From Fonticula alba ATCC 38817 (taxonomy: Eukaryota; Protista; Nucleariida): 64,000 bases of DNA. The stretch lies in assembly GCA_000388065.2 (NCBI GenBank), contig KB932202.1; one strand, given 5' to 3'. This document shows, piece after piece, positions 45,394 through 58,069 of the stretch (positions are counted from its first letter, which is position 1; the number at the start of each line of letters is the position of its first letter). The notes below the pieces were generated by a model. It had not been told where the DNA came from and ran no database searches. It saw nothing but the letters and a program-made list of their open reading frames with translations. The position numbers and the translations under genes were made by a program.

Positions 45394-48300
45394 TGGCCCA
45401 GGCCCATGCCCGAGGGGAAGTGGTGATGCGACATCGGGCCGCCGACCGCGTGCTGGGGCTGCGATTGTGACGGATGGCCCCCGGCACCGGGGGGGAACAT
45501 GCCCATCGGCGAGCGGGCCAGCGCACCGGGGGCCTGATGTGCGTGCTGCTGCTGTTGCTGCTGCTGCAGACGCATGGTCTGCAAGTCGAAGGCGGCATAC
45601 TCGCCGCCGGGAACCACCGGCATTCCAACCATCCCGGTGGCCAGGGCCTCGGCACCGAGGAATTGCATCTGCCCGACGCGCCCCAGGCCGGACATCCCCC
45701 CGAGATCCATGAGCCCCATGGTGCCGGGGAGGAGACCGGCCGCGCCGGGGCCCACCCCGACACCGGACACCACACTGGGCATGGTGGCAGTAAGGCTGGC
45801 CGTGACCGAGATATTGTGAGCGCGCTGCCGATGGCTGCGCAGGGAATCATCCCGCCGGTATGTCCGATGGCAGATGTTGCACTGGTATGCCCGGTACCGG
45901 TGATGCTTCGGCAGGTGGACCTTCAGATTGTAGGTCTTGCCCGGGGCATTGACATAGTTGCAGCCGCGCCACTGGGCATGGAGGGAGGAGGGGGGGGGGG
46001 GGGAAACACAAGGTGAGTCATGGAGCCGAACATTCGCCAAGCCGCGGGAGCACAAGGACAAGGAGGAGGGCGAAGAGGGCGGCCCCACATCAGCAGGCCG
46101 AGGAAGCGCAGGGCACCAGTGCGCCCTTGGCGCGCGGGCCACATACCTGGCACTGTTTCTCCGGCTTGTGCACATCATGCAGATGCTCCATCAGCTCGCG
46201 CGCGGAGAGGAACTCATCCCGGCAGTCGCCCCACTTGCACTGGAAGACATTGGATTGCTCGGAGGAAGGGGTCCCAGTGGCGTCGGAATCCTCCTTCATG
46301 TCGTCATCCTGCCCGGGATCCGAGCCGGGAGAGGGGGGCTCGGAGGAGTCCCCCGGGGACTTGCTCGAAGCGCCGGAGACGCCATTCCCAGCGGTGACGC
46401 CGGTCGACCCGGCAGCCGGGGGGCCAGCGGAGCTGGCACTCGCGCCGGCCGCCGGAAGCGACACCTTGCACCGGGTGTCGATGGTGGGCCGGTCCTTGGC
46501 CGAGCGCATGGACTCGCGACCGGCGGCCGGGGGATTGCCGGGGGCGCTGTCCCCGCGGCCCGGAGCCGGGCCAGGCGCTCCCGGCGCGGTGACCGGAGGC
46601 ACGCCATCGGCCGCGGGGGCGCCACTGGTGGGTGCCTGATGCCGGGTGGCGGCAGCCCCCTCGGGGGGCATGCGCTCCACCACGGGGCTGGAATACATGG
46701 CAAAGGAGGAGCAGGCATTGGAGGGCGATGCGGGGGCCGCTGTGCTGGTGGTGCCCGGCGCGGGCGATCCCCCCACCGGGGCCCCGGCCCCAGGGGGCGA
46801 CGTGGGAGACAGGGCAGCCAGCTGGGGCTGGGGGCCGGGCCGGGCCGAGGGCGACCCGGCGCCGCCGCCGCCGCCGCCACTACTGCTACCACCACCACCA
46901 CCACCACCACCACCACCACCACCACCACCACCACTGGAGCTGGTCAGTGGCGATACCGGGCACGAGCGCGAGCTGGCTGACCCGGACACCAGGAGCCCCG
47001 GGCCGGAGTGAATCATCCGGCCCGAGGACAAATCGGCTGCCGGGGACTTGGGCGAGAAGAAGCCGGAGTCCGAGTTCAGCGGGTTGGTCGACGTGAGCAG
47101 CGCATCGGGCGACACCGGCAACGAGCCGCCGGTCAGGGTGCCACCGGGGCCGCCATTGATGGCGGCGGCGCTGGCGGCGCCCGGCTGCTGCTGGCCATGG
47201 TGGCCATGGTGCGCATGCGGCGCGTGATGGTGCTGCCCGGCCGGGGGTCCATGACCATGCATCGGATGGTACAGGTGTCCGGGAGCCGGGGGTGGACCGG
47301 CCGAGCCGGGACCCATGGCGGAGAAGTAGCTCTGCGAGGCGAGCGACCCCCGGCGGCTGGTGGTCGGCGAGACGCCGGTAGAGCAGGCGTCCGATGACGA
47401 GGGAACCGGCGTGTACAGGCTGAGAGAGCTGTCGGAGGAGATGGACGGTGTGAGGGACCCACTGGAGGAGTGCAGCGATGAGGGGCCCAGGCTGTTGGGG
47501 GTGATGTCCAGATGCGGCCGCCCGGCGACCACCATTCCGGGCAGGTCGCTCGATGGCCGGCGCGTGGTGTGCTGGTGACCGCCTCCACCGTTACCGGAGG
47601 CCGGCTCCGGCGGCGAGAGCATCTTGGCGTCGTCGCGGAATTTGCCAGCTTCACCGGAAGGGGGATGCACTTCACGAGGAGCCCCGCCGGCAGAAGGCGA
47701 TGACAGTGGCCCGGGAGACTGGCCGCCGGGGTGGGGGTAGTGGTGTTGGAGTGGCGCCTGATAGTACGGCGCCGAGGAGGCCGGGTGTGCTTGGTGCCCG
47801 GCGGAGCCCCCGGCCGGGGATGCGTGATAGTGCTGCCCCGGGGCAGGGGCATCCCCGTGGAGGTGGTGCCGGTGCTGCTGCTGCGGCATATGCTGCGACG
47901 ATGGCGGTGGCGCCGGCGGCGGATGGGGGTGTGGGGCCTGGTGCTGCTGCTGCTGCTGCTGCTGCGGATGCGGATGCGGATGCGAGGAGTGGCCCGGGTA
48001 ATGGGCATGGTGATGATGGCCCGGGGCCTCATGCAAGGGGCTCATGGCTACCTGCGGCGTGGCCGGTGACCCGCCGACCCCCGGGTCGAAGAGGGCCCCT
48101 CCGTCCGAGAAGAAGTGCTGGGGTGGATAGGCGGTGAAGAGGGAGTCCGACCGACCACCGACACCAGGATCATGCACCGCGGCCCCGGGGTCCGAGAGGA
48201 AAGAGCCAGGCCCGGAGCCGACGAGCTGCTGCTCGTTCATCCTCTGGGGCAGGGGAAGAGGCCTGGGTGTCGGGAGGAGCAGGGAGAGGATGGTGGGGCG

Positions 48301-48795
48301 GGAGAGGGGGGAGCAAAGGCCGACAGGCAGAAGGAGAGCAGCAAGAGATAAGTGGAGGAAGAGGGCCAGGGCCGGGGCGAGGGGGGGGGGGAGAGAGAGA
48401 GAGAGAGAGAGGAGAAGGGAGGTGAGAGGGTGGTGAGGCCGCTGGACAGGGTGATGGGGGTGCCTTTGGGGCGCGCGCGTAGCAGCAGCAGCAGCAGTAG
48501 CAGAAGGGGGACACCACACGCACGAGGGAGCTGGGAATCGGGGAGCCAGCCGAGGAAGTTTCAGCCCGAGCGAGTTGTTGTCTCAGCTGAAGACCGGCGA
48601 ATCCTATCGCGGGGGGGAGGGGAAAGTGTGTCGGCGGAAAGTCAGATCGACGCAAATGGCAGATCGATGGCACTTGGCCGGGTGCCTGACGGGCCGAGAG
48701 AGGAGAGATACGTGGGATGATCGCGTGCTCATGCAGACGGCAGCGGGGGTAGGGGCTAGATGGGGGAGGGGGGGGGGGGGAAGAAAGCGCACCAT
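41590..48795 (-). CDS. Large C2H2 zinc-finger transcription factor with a tandem CWCH2 finger pair (PacC/Rim101- or GLI/Zic-like architecture), ~2,050-2,150 aa
   Basis: Main exons (minus) 48243-46147 and 45971-41934, joined in phase 0 (CCAG|gtatgt...cccag|TGG). Fingers: FQCKWGDCRDEFLSARELMEHLHDVH, QCQWRGCNYVNAPGKTYNLKVHLPKH, YQCNICHRTYRRDDSLRSHRQRAH. Possible in-frame upstream exons are 48795-48793 (ATG) and 48685-48524; otherwise the start is ATG 48240. The last exon is uncertain (stop at 41742-41740 or 41592-41590, or near 41784). The rest of the protein is Q/H/G/P/S low complexity. Confidence 0.82.
45816..46245 (-). other. Three C2H2 zinc fingers; fingers 1-2 carry the C-x-W-x-x-C motif; an intron (45972-46146) lies inside finger 2
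   Basis: Cys/His spacing read directly from the spliced translation. Confidence 0.88.
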
Positions 48796-51700
48796 TCCGC
48801 ACGCGAGAGCGACTCGCGATAATGTTTCTCTCCCGCTCGCTTTCTCTCGCTCCCGCCGTCACACTCGCGCACAGACACACACGCACACCGGGGGAGGGGC
48901 GACGGACAAGAAGGCGGAGGGGAGGCGAGGTGGCAGGAGGAGGAGGAGGAGGGGGGGGAGGGGGAGGGGAGGGGAAGCGGCTCTCTCCCTCGCGATGTGT
49001 CTATCACGCGTGGGTGCGCTCTTTCGCGCGTGCTCGCTCGCTCTCGCTCTCTCTCTCTCTCTTTCTATCCGCGTCTGCAAGCCGGCGGCAGGAGAGCGAC
49101 CGGCGGAGGGGACAGGGGGCCGGGGGGACAGCAGGTGGAATAGAGCGCGGTCAGCGGGAGGAGGGGGGGGGGGTGCGGATAGGCTAGCGGAAAGGGGAGG
49201 GGGGGGGGGCGGAGGGCGATCGAGAGGAGTGCTTGCTGCCCGCGCAGAGGGAATGTGAAATGACAATCACTCATCAATTATGCAAGGGTAAGGGGGTGGG
49301 AGGCCACAGGGTGGGGGTGGGGGCGCGCGCGCGCGCGCGCGTAGAAGGACACCTCGGCCCCAGCACCGAGAGCCGGGCGCCCGGCCATGACATCCGAAGC
49401 CGCGCGATCTGCATCTACCCTGGGGCGGGCGGGTGGGCGCGGGAAGCCGGGGGCAGGGGCATGTGTCGGGGAGGTGTGTGTTCGCGCGCGCGCGCGCGCG
49501 CGGCCGGCCCCGGGAACCTGCATGGGCCGGCACATGGCCGGCAGCCACACCCTTGGATCGGTGCTGGTCGTAGACACGCCGGCCCGGGGGCGGGGAGGGC
49601 CTTGCGGCCGGAGCAGGCGCCTCCGCTGCCCCTGCCCTCGCGCCTGGCGTCCTCAGGGGCTCCTTCGCAACCACGACTGCGTGCGCGCGCGCGCGCACGG
49701 GCCTGGCTGGTCCATGGGCACAAACAATGCCCCGCGGCCGGCCGGAACACGCCCGAAATGGGCGTCGAGGCGAGACCGAACGGAGGGGGGGGGAGGAGGG
49801 AGGGTCGCGTGCGCCGAAAACTCCCTCCCCCCCCACCCCACCGAGGCCCAAGACAAGGGAGCGAGGCGTCGGCAGAGGGGGACTCCCCCCCCCCCCCCCC
49901 CCCCCGCCCCCGGGGAGGAGCGCATGCGCGGCCGGGATCGCGCGCTCTGGAGGCCCATGTGGGACCCCACAAACAGAGGATCCCCCTCCCCCCGCCACAA
50001 GGGACGAGAGAGAAACATGATGCTCCGGCAGGAGCAGGGCCGCGAGTGGCTGGCGAACAGGCCGGGGTCTGCCTCCGGGGGGGGGGCGGGGGGGGGGGGC
50101 GGCGGAGAGGGTGGGGCCGCCACAGGCAAGAACGGGACCCCGAGGAAGGACGCAAACGCGCCACCCGGGGAGACACCGGGAGCCAAAGAGAAGGACAGGC
50201 CCGGGCGCGCCGGGGGAGCCCCGGGAAGGTGCGAAGTAGGAGGCAGGGAAAACCTCCCACCTCGGGGGAGCGGGGGGGGGGGGGGGGGGCGAACAGGCGC
50301 CATGGCCGCCAGCCTGGGGTGAGCTCCTGGGGGGTGGTCTCACACTGTTTGGGGCCGGACCGGCGCCGTGGACTCGCGGCAGCCGCGCGACCGGAGGCAA
50401 ACAACAAAGCCGGCACCCTCACAATACGACCACGCTTCCCGGAGTCAGCCCACTCCCCCGGCCGCCGGGCCCCCGCTCGAGGCAGGAGGCCGACAGACGG
50501 GAGGCCGCGCGGCGCGCCGGCGCCCCGAGGAGACGGCGGAAAAGCGGCCAGGCGGGACCGGCGCCGTTCTTGGCAACCGGGCCCGAGCCGGCCCCACAGG
50601 GCCATGCATCCCCAGGCCGCCCGGCCGCGGGCCGAAGCGTTGTCAAGGGATCGCGGGTCCCCACGCCCGGTGGCCGGCGCACGCGAGGGCGGCCTGTGGC
50701 CACGAGCCTCCTGCTGGCCCTCGCCGCCGCCGCCGCCGCCCGGTGTGTCCCGATCGGCGATCGCGACCGCCCAAGGATCGGGGAGTGCCCAAACGCACAG
50801 GCAGCCCAGGGGGCTGGGGAATGGGGGGCTGGGTGTGTGTGTGTGTGCGCGCGCGCGCGCGCCTGCATGTGTGCGCAGGAGTGTGCGCATCCACGGGGGC
50901 GGGGGTGGGGGCGCCCGCGCCCGCGGGTGGCACTCCCCCGCACCGGGGGTTGGAGTGTGCATCCAAGTGCGCCATTCACCCTGGCGACAACAAGCGCCGG
51001 GCTGCGGGCCGCCCGGGCAGACGGCCCTCCGCCTGGCCGGACCGGCCCCGGGGTAATTACTCATCGAGATGGGCCCGGCGGTTTGGCGTGGCGCAAACAA
51101 AGCCCAAGAGCAGCGGCGAGCCCCGCACCTTGCCCCCGCCCCGGCCGCCGCGGACCCGCTATGGGCTCCGCGCCTCAGGCCACTGGTTGGGGGGGGGGGG
51201 CGGGGGAGGGGGGCCGGGGGCGAAGAAATGCCCGACGCAGTTGAGGCGCGCGCAGGGGCCAGCCAGGAAGGGAAAAAAAAAGACACAGACGGCCGAGCAC
51301 GACCACATGGCGGGAACCTTCCAGCTAAAATGAGCCACCCGCGTGGGGACACAGCGACAACCCGCCAGCTGGGGCTGGACCAAAGGGCGCCCCTTGCCGC
51401 GTGAGCGACGCAAACAAAGGTGGCACACATGCGCACACGAGTGCGTGCGTGCGCACACACGCAAGGGACCCCCTGTGCCGCCACAGCGGCCCCGGCTGAG
51501 GACGCGGTCCGTGGGAACCGACATTCACAGGTTCGGTGTACGTGACTCTCCGGAGGGACAGCTGCCCCCTGACGAGGCCCGGGCAAGCTTCTCTTCGAAT
51601 GTTTTCCCCCCCCGCCCCCCCTCGCCGCTTCCTCTGTGCCAAAGGCACTCGCCGGGGGTCTTGGCTCTCGGCGAGGGACGGGAAGGGCCGGGGACATTGG

Positions 51701-53511
51701 AGGAGAGGCGCGCCGGGGTGCATGCGAGCACATGCGTTCGCACGCGGCGCAAAGGCGTGCCAGACACGCGGAGGACCGAGGCCGGGATCGCCCCCCGGCA
51801 TGGGTCAGGGGATGAGTGGGAACAATCCTCCCGGCCGTGACGGCCGGCCTCTCCCCCGAGGCTGGGCACATGCGCCGGGAAGGGGCGACGGGGCCACACG
51901 CATGCACACGCCGCAGACCGCCGCACGCCTGGGCCCATTGGCGCGGCGTCCGAGGGCCTGCGGCTGTATATCCACAGGTGAGGAGCGGTACCGACCCCAC
52001 TTTTCACCGGCGGTCCGCCCTGCACACAGACACACACACATACACAGCACAGGGGGGGACAGACACGCGGCCGGCTGAGGAGCCCCTCCCGGGAGGCACA
52101 CATGGGCGGCGGGATGTTCGCCCAGGCAGCCCGGGGTAAAGCGCCGACGCCGGGTGGGGAATTTAAAATGGCCCGCGCAAAGGACTTGGGCCCCAAGGCC
52201 CGGTGGGCAACCGGGCTGCCCGGCCCCGCGGGACCGGGGGCATGTGTCCCTCTTTCCCGTGGGGGAGTCCTGCCTTCCACGGTCGGTCCCTCCCCCTGTG
52301 GCACTTTCTCGCCTGCGGGGGGGCAGGGCGCGCGGGACGCCCAGGACGCACGCCACATGTCGGACGCCGCACGCCACATGCCCCCGGCACCGCCGCATGC
52401 CACACGCCACACAAGAATGGGAGCAGAGATGGCGAAGCAGGGCCGACGCGGGGGCAGCCTCCGCTCGCCTGCCCCGCCACCCTCTCTCTCGGCCGTGTCG
52501 GCGGCGGGGGAAAGCCACAGCCCGCCAGGGCATGGGGTCCCCCAGGGCACCCCAGGCAGGGAGAGGGGGGCGAGGCGGGGGGGGCGGGGGGGGGGGGAGG
52601 AAGGCGCGGGCCCAGGGCACCAGCTGCAGCAGGCCCACAGGCGGAACCACACAGACACGCACCGGCGTCGGTCCCTCGACCTGCGCCATGGCATGGCGTG
52701 AGCCGACCGTGTGCGCCTTTGTTTATATGCGGTTGCAAGGGACCCGTGGAGGTGGGGTTGGAACGGGTGCTCCAGCTCCGACATCACGTGCATGCTCCGT
52801 CGCATCACACATAAAGCCCGGCGGGCGAATCCCCCGGTCGGGCTGAGTGCGTCCGTGAACCCTGGGACAAACAAATGATAACGCCAATAACAGGCGCCCG
52901 CCCGGGGCCGGCGCGCCTCAACACACTCACACACACACGCTCGCACGCACGCACGCACGCACGCTGGCACAGAATCCCAGAACACACTCGGGCCGGCAAA
53001 TCTCGGCGTTTTAACTCAGACGGTTAAACTGGCCTACTCTCCCCCCCCCCTCCGGCCTTGCTGCCAGGCCTCCGCCGAACACGGCAGAGCCGATGGAAGG
53101 CGAGGTGACAAGCGCCGCGACGACCGAGGGAAAGAGCAATGGACCGGCCTCATGGCCGTGCACGCACGATCCATGCCCTCTCATCATCGGCATGTATGTA
53201 CGTATGCCTGGGGGGGGGGGGGGGGGGGGGAAGAGGGGAGGGGGCGCGGTCACCCCCAGTCTGACACATCGGGGCAGCAGCAGACCCAAAAAAACAAAAG
53301 GAAGGAACGGGGACTCGAGAAATGGCACCCATGGGGACGCCAGTGCAAAGGCAGGAGGAAAGTGGGTGTCCTCCTTTTGGCTACCCGGCGTCGTTGAACT
53401 GATCCAGTGCCGGAGGCGACCCGGGGCAAGGTACCGACGAGGGGGGGCAGGGACATGCGGCTCAGGGCTCCCGTCGTCCGCCCCGCAAGCTCGCACATCC
53501 AGCCACGCACG

Positions 53512-53547
<36 letters not shown>

Positions 53548-56500
53548 AGCACGAAATCAACACACAGTCACTGGGGACATATTTTGAATGCCAGGGGGGT
53601 GGGAGAAAAGCCCAGGAGAGAGAGAGAGAGAGAAGCATGGTGCAGGGGAGGGAGAGGAGAGGAGAAAGGAAGTCAGGGAGGGGGAAATACATACTATAGA
53701 GGGAGTTCCAAAAGCGTCGGGGGAATCTCTCGTGGAAGTCTTCGGGCCTTCGAGGTGGATGGGCCGGTGCCAGTGAGAGGGCCGATTCCAGATCTGGCGG
53801 CGGGGTTTCCATGAGCCGGCGTGCCCGAATGCCCGTTTCGGTTGGGGAAAAGGCGCGTCAGACAGATGTCCTTCTGCGCCGACTCGGCGGATCGCTCACA
53901 TGCTCACTCCTGGAAAAGGCGAGGTGGCGAGGGAAATGTCGAGCGCCGGGAGGCACAAAGCGGCAGGGGACGGCGAGAGGCGATGATACAAGGACGTACG
54001 GCGTCGTGGCGGAGGTCCACTGGGCGGGAGATCCGGTCAGCGGAAGGACAGGCGGATGCCTTGGGGCTGCCGGCGGGGAACTTGGCACACCTCCAGGCTC
54101 CAGAGCCCAGAAGCTGAGACCAGCGCGAAGGGGTGGCCGAGTGCAAAGACCCGCAGGCGCACGGCAAAGTGTGTGCCTTCTTGCTGGCCGTCAGGCAGGC
54201 GGCCCTAGATGCGGAAGATGCAAGGCGATGTTGCAGGAACGGGACTTTCCGAGTCAGCGATCTGCCAGATCCCGAAGGGGGGCCGTCAAGGAAGACCCCA
54301 AATGCCCCAAGGACCAGACGCAGGGGATGAGGCACTGCAGGTAGCTCGAGGGCGAGGGAGGCGTGTTTGGGCTAGCGAGTCGATTGGGGGCGCTTGGGCA
54401 GACTGGCAGAGGGGGGAGGGAGGGGTGGGGGGTGGGGGGGAGGGGCATGTCTTGCCCAGGGTCCCCCGGCTGAGCTTGTGGGCGGAGCTCTTGAGTGCTG
54501 GCCGTGGGGTCGAGGCACCCGGAGTGGCGAAGGCGCCGGCGGAGGCCCGAGGGTTAGGGGGCCTCATGCGCCCCCCCCCCTCCCCCTCGTCGGCCCCCGG
54601 TGCTTGACCATTTGGCCGGCAGCCAACTCTCCTCCCCCGGGCGCGTGTGGTCTGGCAGTCTGAGCAGGGCTGTGCGACGCAGGACAGGGGCATGTGCTGG
54701 CGGCTGGTGACCTCGGTCCTGCTTCGGCTTTCCGGCCCGGGCGACTCCTGGCGATGTGACCTCCGAGGCCGGACAGCCCGAGCAGAGCCCGAGTATCGGG
54801 GAATCTTCGCTCTAGGAGGACCGCACTGGGGCTCCCTGACCAAGCGCCAAGGGGGGGGGGGGGGGGCGCGTTCCTGATCCTGACGGGTGGGCACCCCCAA
54901 TCCGCCAGTAGTGCCGGCTAATTCGCGGGGAGCGGCGGACCCTCACATGCGCGAACACCCCGCGCGCGCGCGCGCGCGCGCTTGTTCGCGAGAGGGACAC
55001 ACTTAGACACGGGCAGACACGGCTCTGCACACGCACACAGGCGCACGGAGGAATAACCACAATCCGGGCTCGGGCGGATCCGCCCCTGCCCGGCCGGCCC
55101 CCTTCTTCGCCGCCGCGCTGCTCATTCTCCCCAGGGGGTTGGGTCTTGGAGGGGGGTTGTGCTGGCCGCGCGGGCACACCACCCTCTCCCTTGGGTTCGT
55201 TTGTTTGCCGGGAGTCGGGAGCCTTTCGCTTGCCGCCGGGGTAGGAATGCCCCGGGCCGTTTGCGGGCGAAGACGCTCTGCTACCGTGAGGCGGGACATC
55301 GGCGATTGCGGGGGCCACCAGCCGGGGGCCACTGGTGAGGACTTCTCAAGGGCCGTGCCGGGCAGGGTGGGACGAGCGACAGTTCCCGTTGGCCGCTTCC
55401 CCCTCTGGCCCCTCGCCGCGCACGTCCCGGGTCGAAATGACCCGGGCAGGTACTTCGACCGGGCCGCGGGCCGCGGGCCGGGGGCCGGGGGCCGCGGACC
55501 GCAATCCCATACACCCCACACCCACGGGCCTCAGCGCGCCCCGCATGTCGTGCCCGAAGACGCGGGTGCTGGGATCTAGTTCTCGTGCCCTCTCCTCCCT
55601 CTGTCGCTCTCTCTCTCTCTCCCTCCCCGCGCATGTGTATCTGCGTCTCTCAAGAATGCCCGCCCACAGAGGAGCGATGAGGGGGCAATACAGGCAGCAG
55701 GGCCAAATCCACGCCCAAGCCCGCATGTGCGGCCAGCGCGGGTCTATTTGTACCGATACACCTCAGACGCACGGATGCACTAGCGAAAGGACGCAGGCCT
55801 CGGTGGAAATGGTCCTCGCCTGGAGACAGTGGTCGCGAAATGTTGTCCGGGGAAAACACAAGAGCAATGCTGACAATCCCCGGGGAGGGGGATTGCGCCG
55901 CGGACTGGCGGCCATATTTCCGGCCCCCAGCACGGTGCTGGTGTCTGGTCAGCCACATGCCGACGCCCAGGCCTCCGCAAGTAAAGTGCATGCATATTTA
56001 CGTGTACATGTGGGTGTGAGCGGGGGGGGGGGAGAGAGAGAGAGAGAGACAGAGAGACAGAGAGACAGAGAGCTAGAGAGAGACAGAGACAGAGATAGAA
56101 AGAGAGGGCGGGCAGAGGGACGTCGGTCCGTTTCCGCGCATCGGTCTCTGGTGCGACGTGCCCAAGTTCGGGCAGGGGCCACCCATCGCGGGGGAGCTAC
56201 ACGCCCCCGCGGCCCCCGCCCTCGCCCCCTGTACACCGGCCCCTACAAGCAGCCGATGGTGGAAACCCTCTCCCGCTCCCAGCCCGGAGGCAGGGCCGTC
56301 GGCCGCTGCAACGCCTTCAGGGCATGTCAGGACATGGGTAAGCAGGCCGGCGTGCTCACCTTGCGGCGTCGGGGCCTCTTCCAAAGGCCAAATGTGGGCA
56401 CTTCGATGGGTGTGTGCGGAGGCAGGGGCAGGGCAAGTTGCCAGGCTGGCCAGCCGGCCGGCCGGCCGGCCCCGGGCATCCGCCAACCGTGGGGGGACAC

Positions 56501-58069
56501 AGTATCCGGGGATGCGAGGGGCGGGGGGGGGGGGGGGGAGCTTGGTGGTGCATCGAGCTGGGCCAGCGGGGAAAACGTCTCGCGAAATCCCGGACGCCCT
56601 GCCGCTCTTGCGGCCGAGAACTTTGCCGCCTGAGAGGGCTGGGGGTGAAGGAACAGGCGGAGTGGGGGGGGGGACTGCCCGCGAGAGGTGCTCAGCCGGG
56701 AGGGGGAAATCACCCGTTTTCAAGGGCTTCGAGGAGCAGGTCAGCTCACCGTCGAGGCCCGGGGGCCGGTCGGGTCGAGCGAAGAGGGGAGGTTTGGGGA
56801 GGGGCCCTTATGAGTGCAGATCCACAAACATTGGGCCGAAAAACCAACCTCACCGACCAAAATTGGCCGGCTGAATGAGCAAGCTGTCCACGGCACCGGG
56901 GCGCTCGCTGATCCCCACCAGACGATCGGCCTGCCGGCGGCGCGGGCCTGCTGGCCTCGGCCCATCCAGCCGGGCCTGCGCACATGTGCGCACGGCCCCC
57001 TCGGCGGCGGACGCCACTGGATTTACATCTGCCCGGGCACGGCGGCCCGGGCCGGGAACCTGAATCCGGCGAACAGCCACCGGTGCCCGGACAAAACGTC
57101 TCTTGCCGAAGACACGTATATTTGAGGGGGGGGGGGGCGGGGCGGGAGGAGAGAGAATGCCGGAGTCGGAGGTGGATCTCACGAAAGAAGAACACCCCCG
57201 AGTCCACACGCGCGGGTGCTTCTTCCGTCGGGCCTCGGCGACAGGGCACGGGGAGGGGGCGAAGCGGGCGGGTGGGCCTACACCATGGGCAAGCAAAAGC
57301 ATGACTCTGACTCACACTGCTCCGGGCAGGGACCCACGCTCGCGAGCAAGCCGCGAAAGGGTCGGGCGGGAGCCGGGGGGGGGGCGTGAGAGGCCGGAGG
57401 GGGGTCGCGGGGCAGGGGGGCGGCGGGGGGGGGAAATAAAAATAGAGGCGCACGATTCAGCGCGGGCGCGATCTGAGCACTTGTGCTTGTGGCCGCCCTG
57501 CCACGGGCGCGTAGGGGGCTGGCTCGGCTGGCCGAGCCCCCGGAGCAGCACGTACACCCAAACGCCGAAGCCAGCGGCCAGCCCATGAATCCGTGATCCG
57601 CGTGTGAGATTGGGCCCTTCGGCCGGCCAGGCGGGGCCGGATCTCACGCGGGGGCGCGCTTTTTTGTGGGCTCGGGCCTGTTTCCCGGAATCCGGCCTCC
57701 GAAGGGCGGGCGACCAGCCATCGAGCCCCCCCTCTCGCCGTCGCCGCTCGGGGTGCCCGGGGCGCCGGCGGGAGGGGATTTGGTCCGAACACGATGGCTC
57801 CGGGCCACTGGCGGGGATCGGCCGCAAAACGGGCCACCCCTTCGTCGGGGTGTTGGTGCTGGGGCTTTTTTTCTTGCCCCCGCCTTCCGCCGAACAGGCG
57901 GACCCGCCCCCCGGGCTCCTTCGCCCAACGCCCGTCGCCCCCCCCCCCCGGTCCTCGGGCCACCGCAGATGGTGCCGGCGGGCCCGGAGAGGGTGCGCGC
58001 GAGCGGGAGCGGGGGGGGGGGCGCGGGGGGGGGGGCTGGTCAGTGCGCTGCTCGCGGAGGGGGGCATCC

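Noticed and set aside
43584-45470. 628-aa plus-strand ORF antisense to the zinc-finger gene (and similar shadow ORFs opposite RFX, TSC2 and the orphan gene)
   Set aside because: Poly-Leu/Cys/Ala products are the reverse or shifted reading of CAG/CAC codon repeats in the real gene.
49415-52000. 861-aa minus-strand ORF and 607-aa plus-strand ORF in the 49-52 kb region
   Set aside because: They translate (CG)n, (CA)n and G-runs and show no recognisable motifs; treated as non-coding.
53811-54344. 177-aa ATG-initiated ORF in a higher-complexity intergenic patch
   Set aside because: No recognisable domain or transposase/RT motif, and several frames are open. It cannot be supported as a gene or mobile element without expression or homology data.
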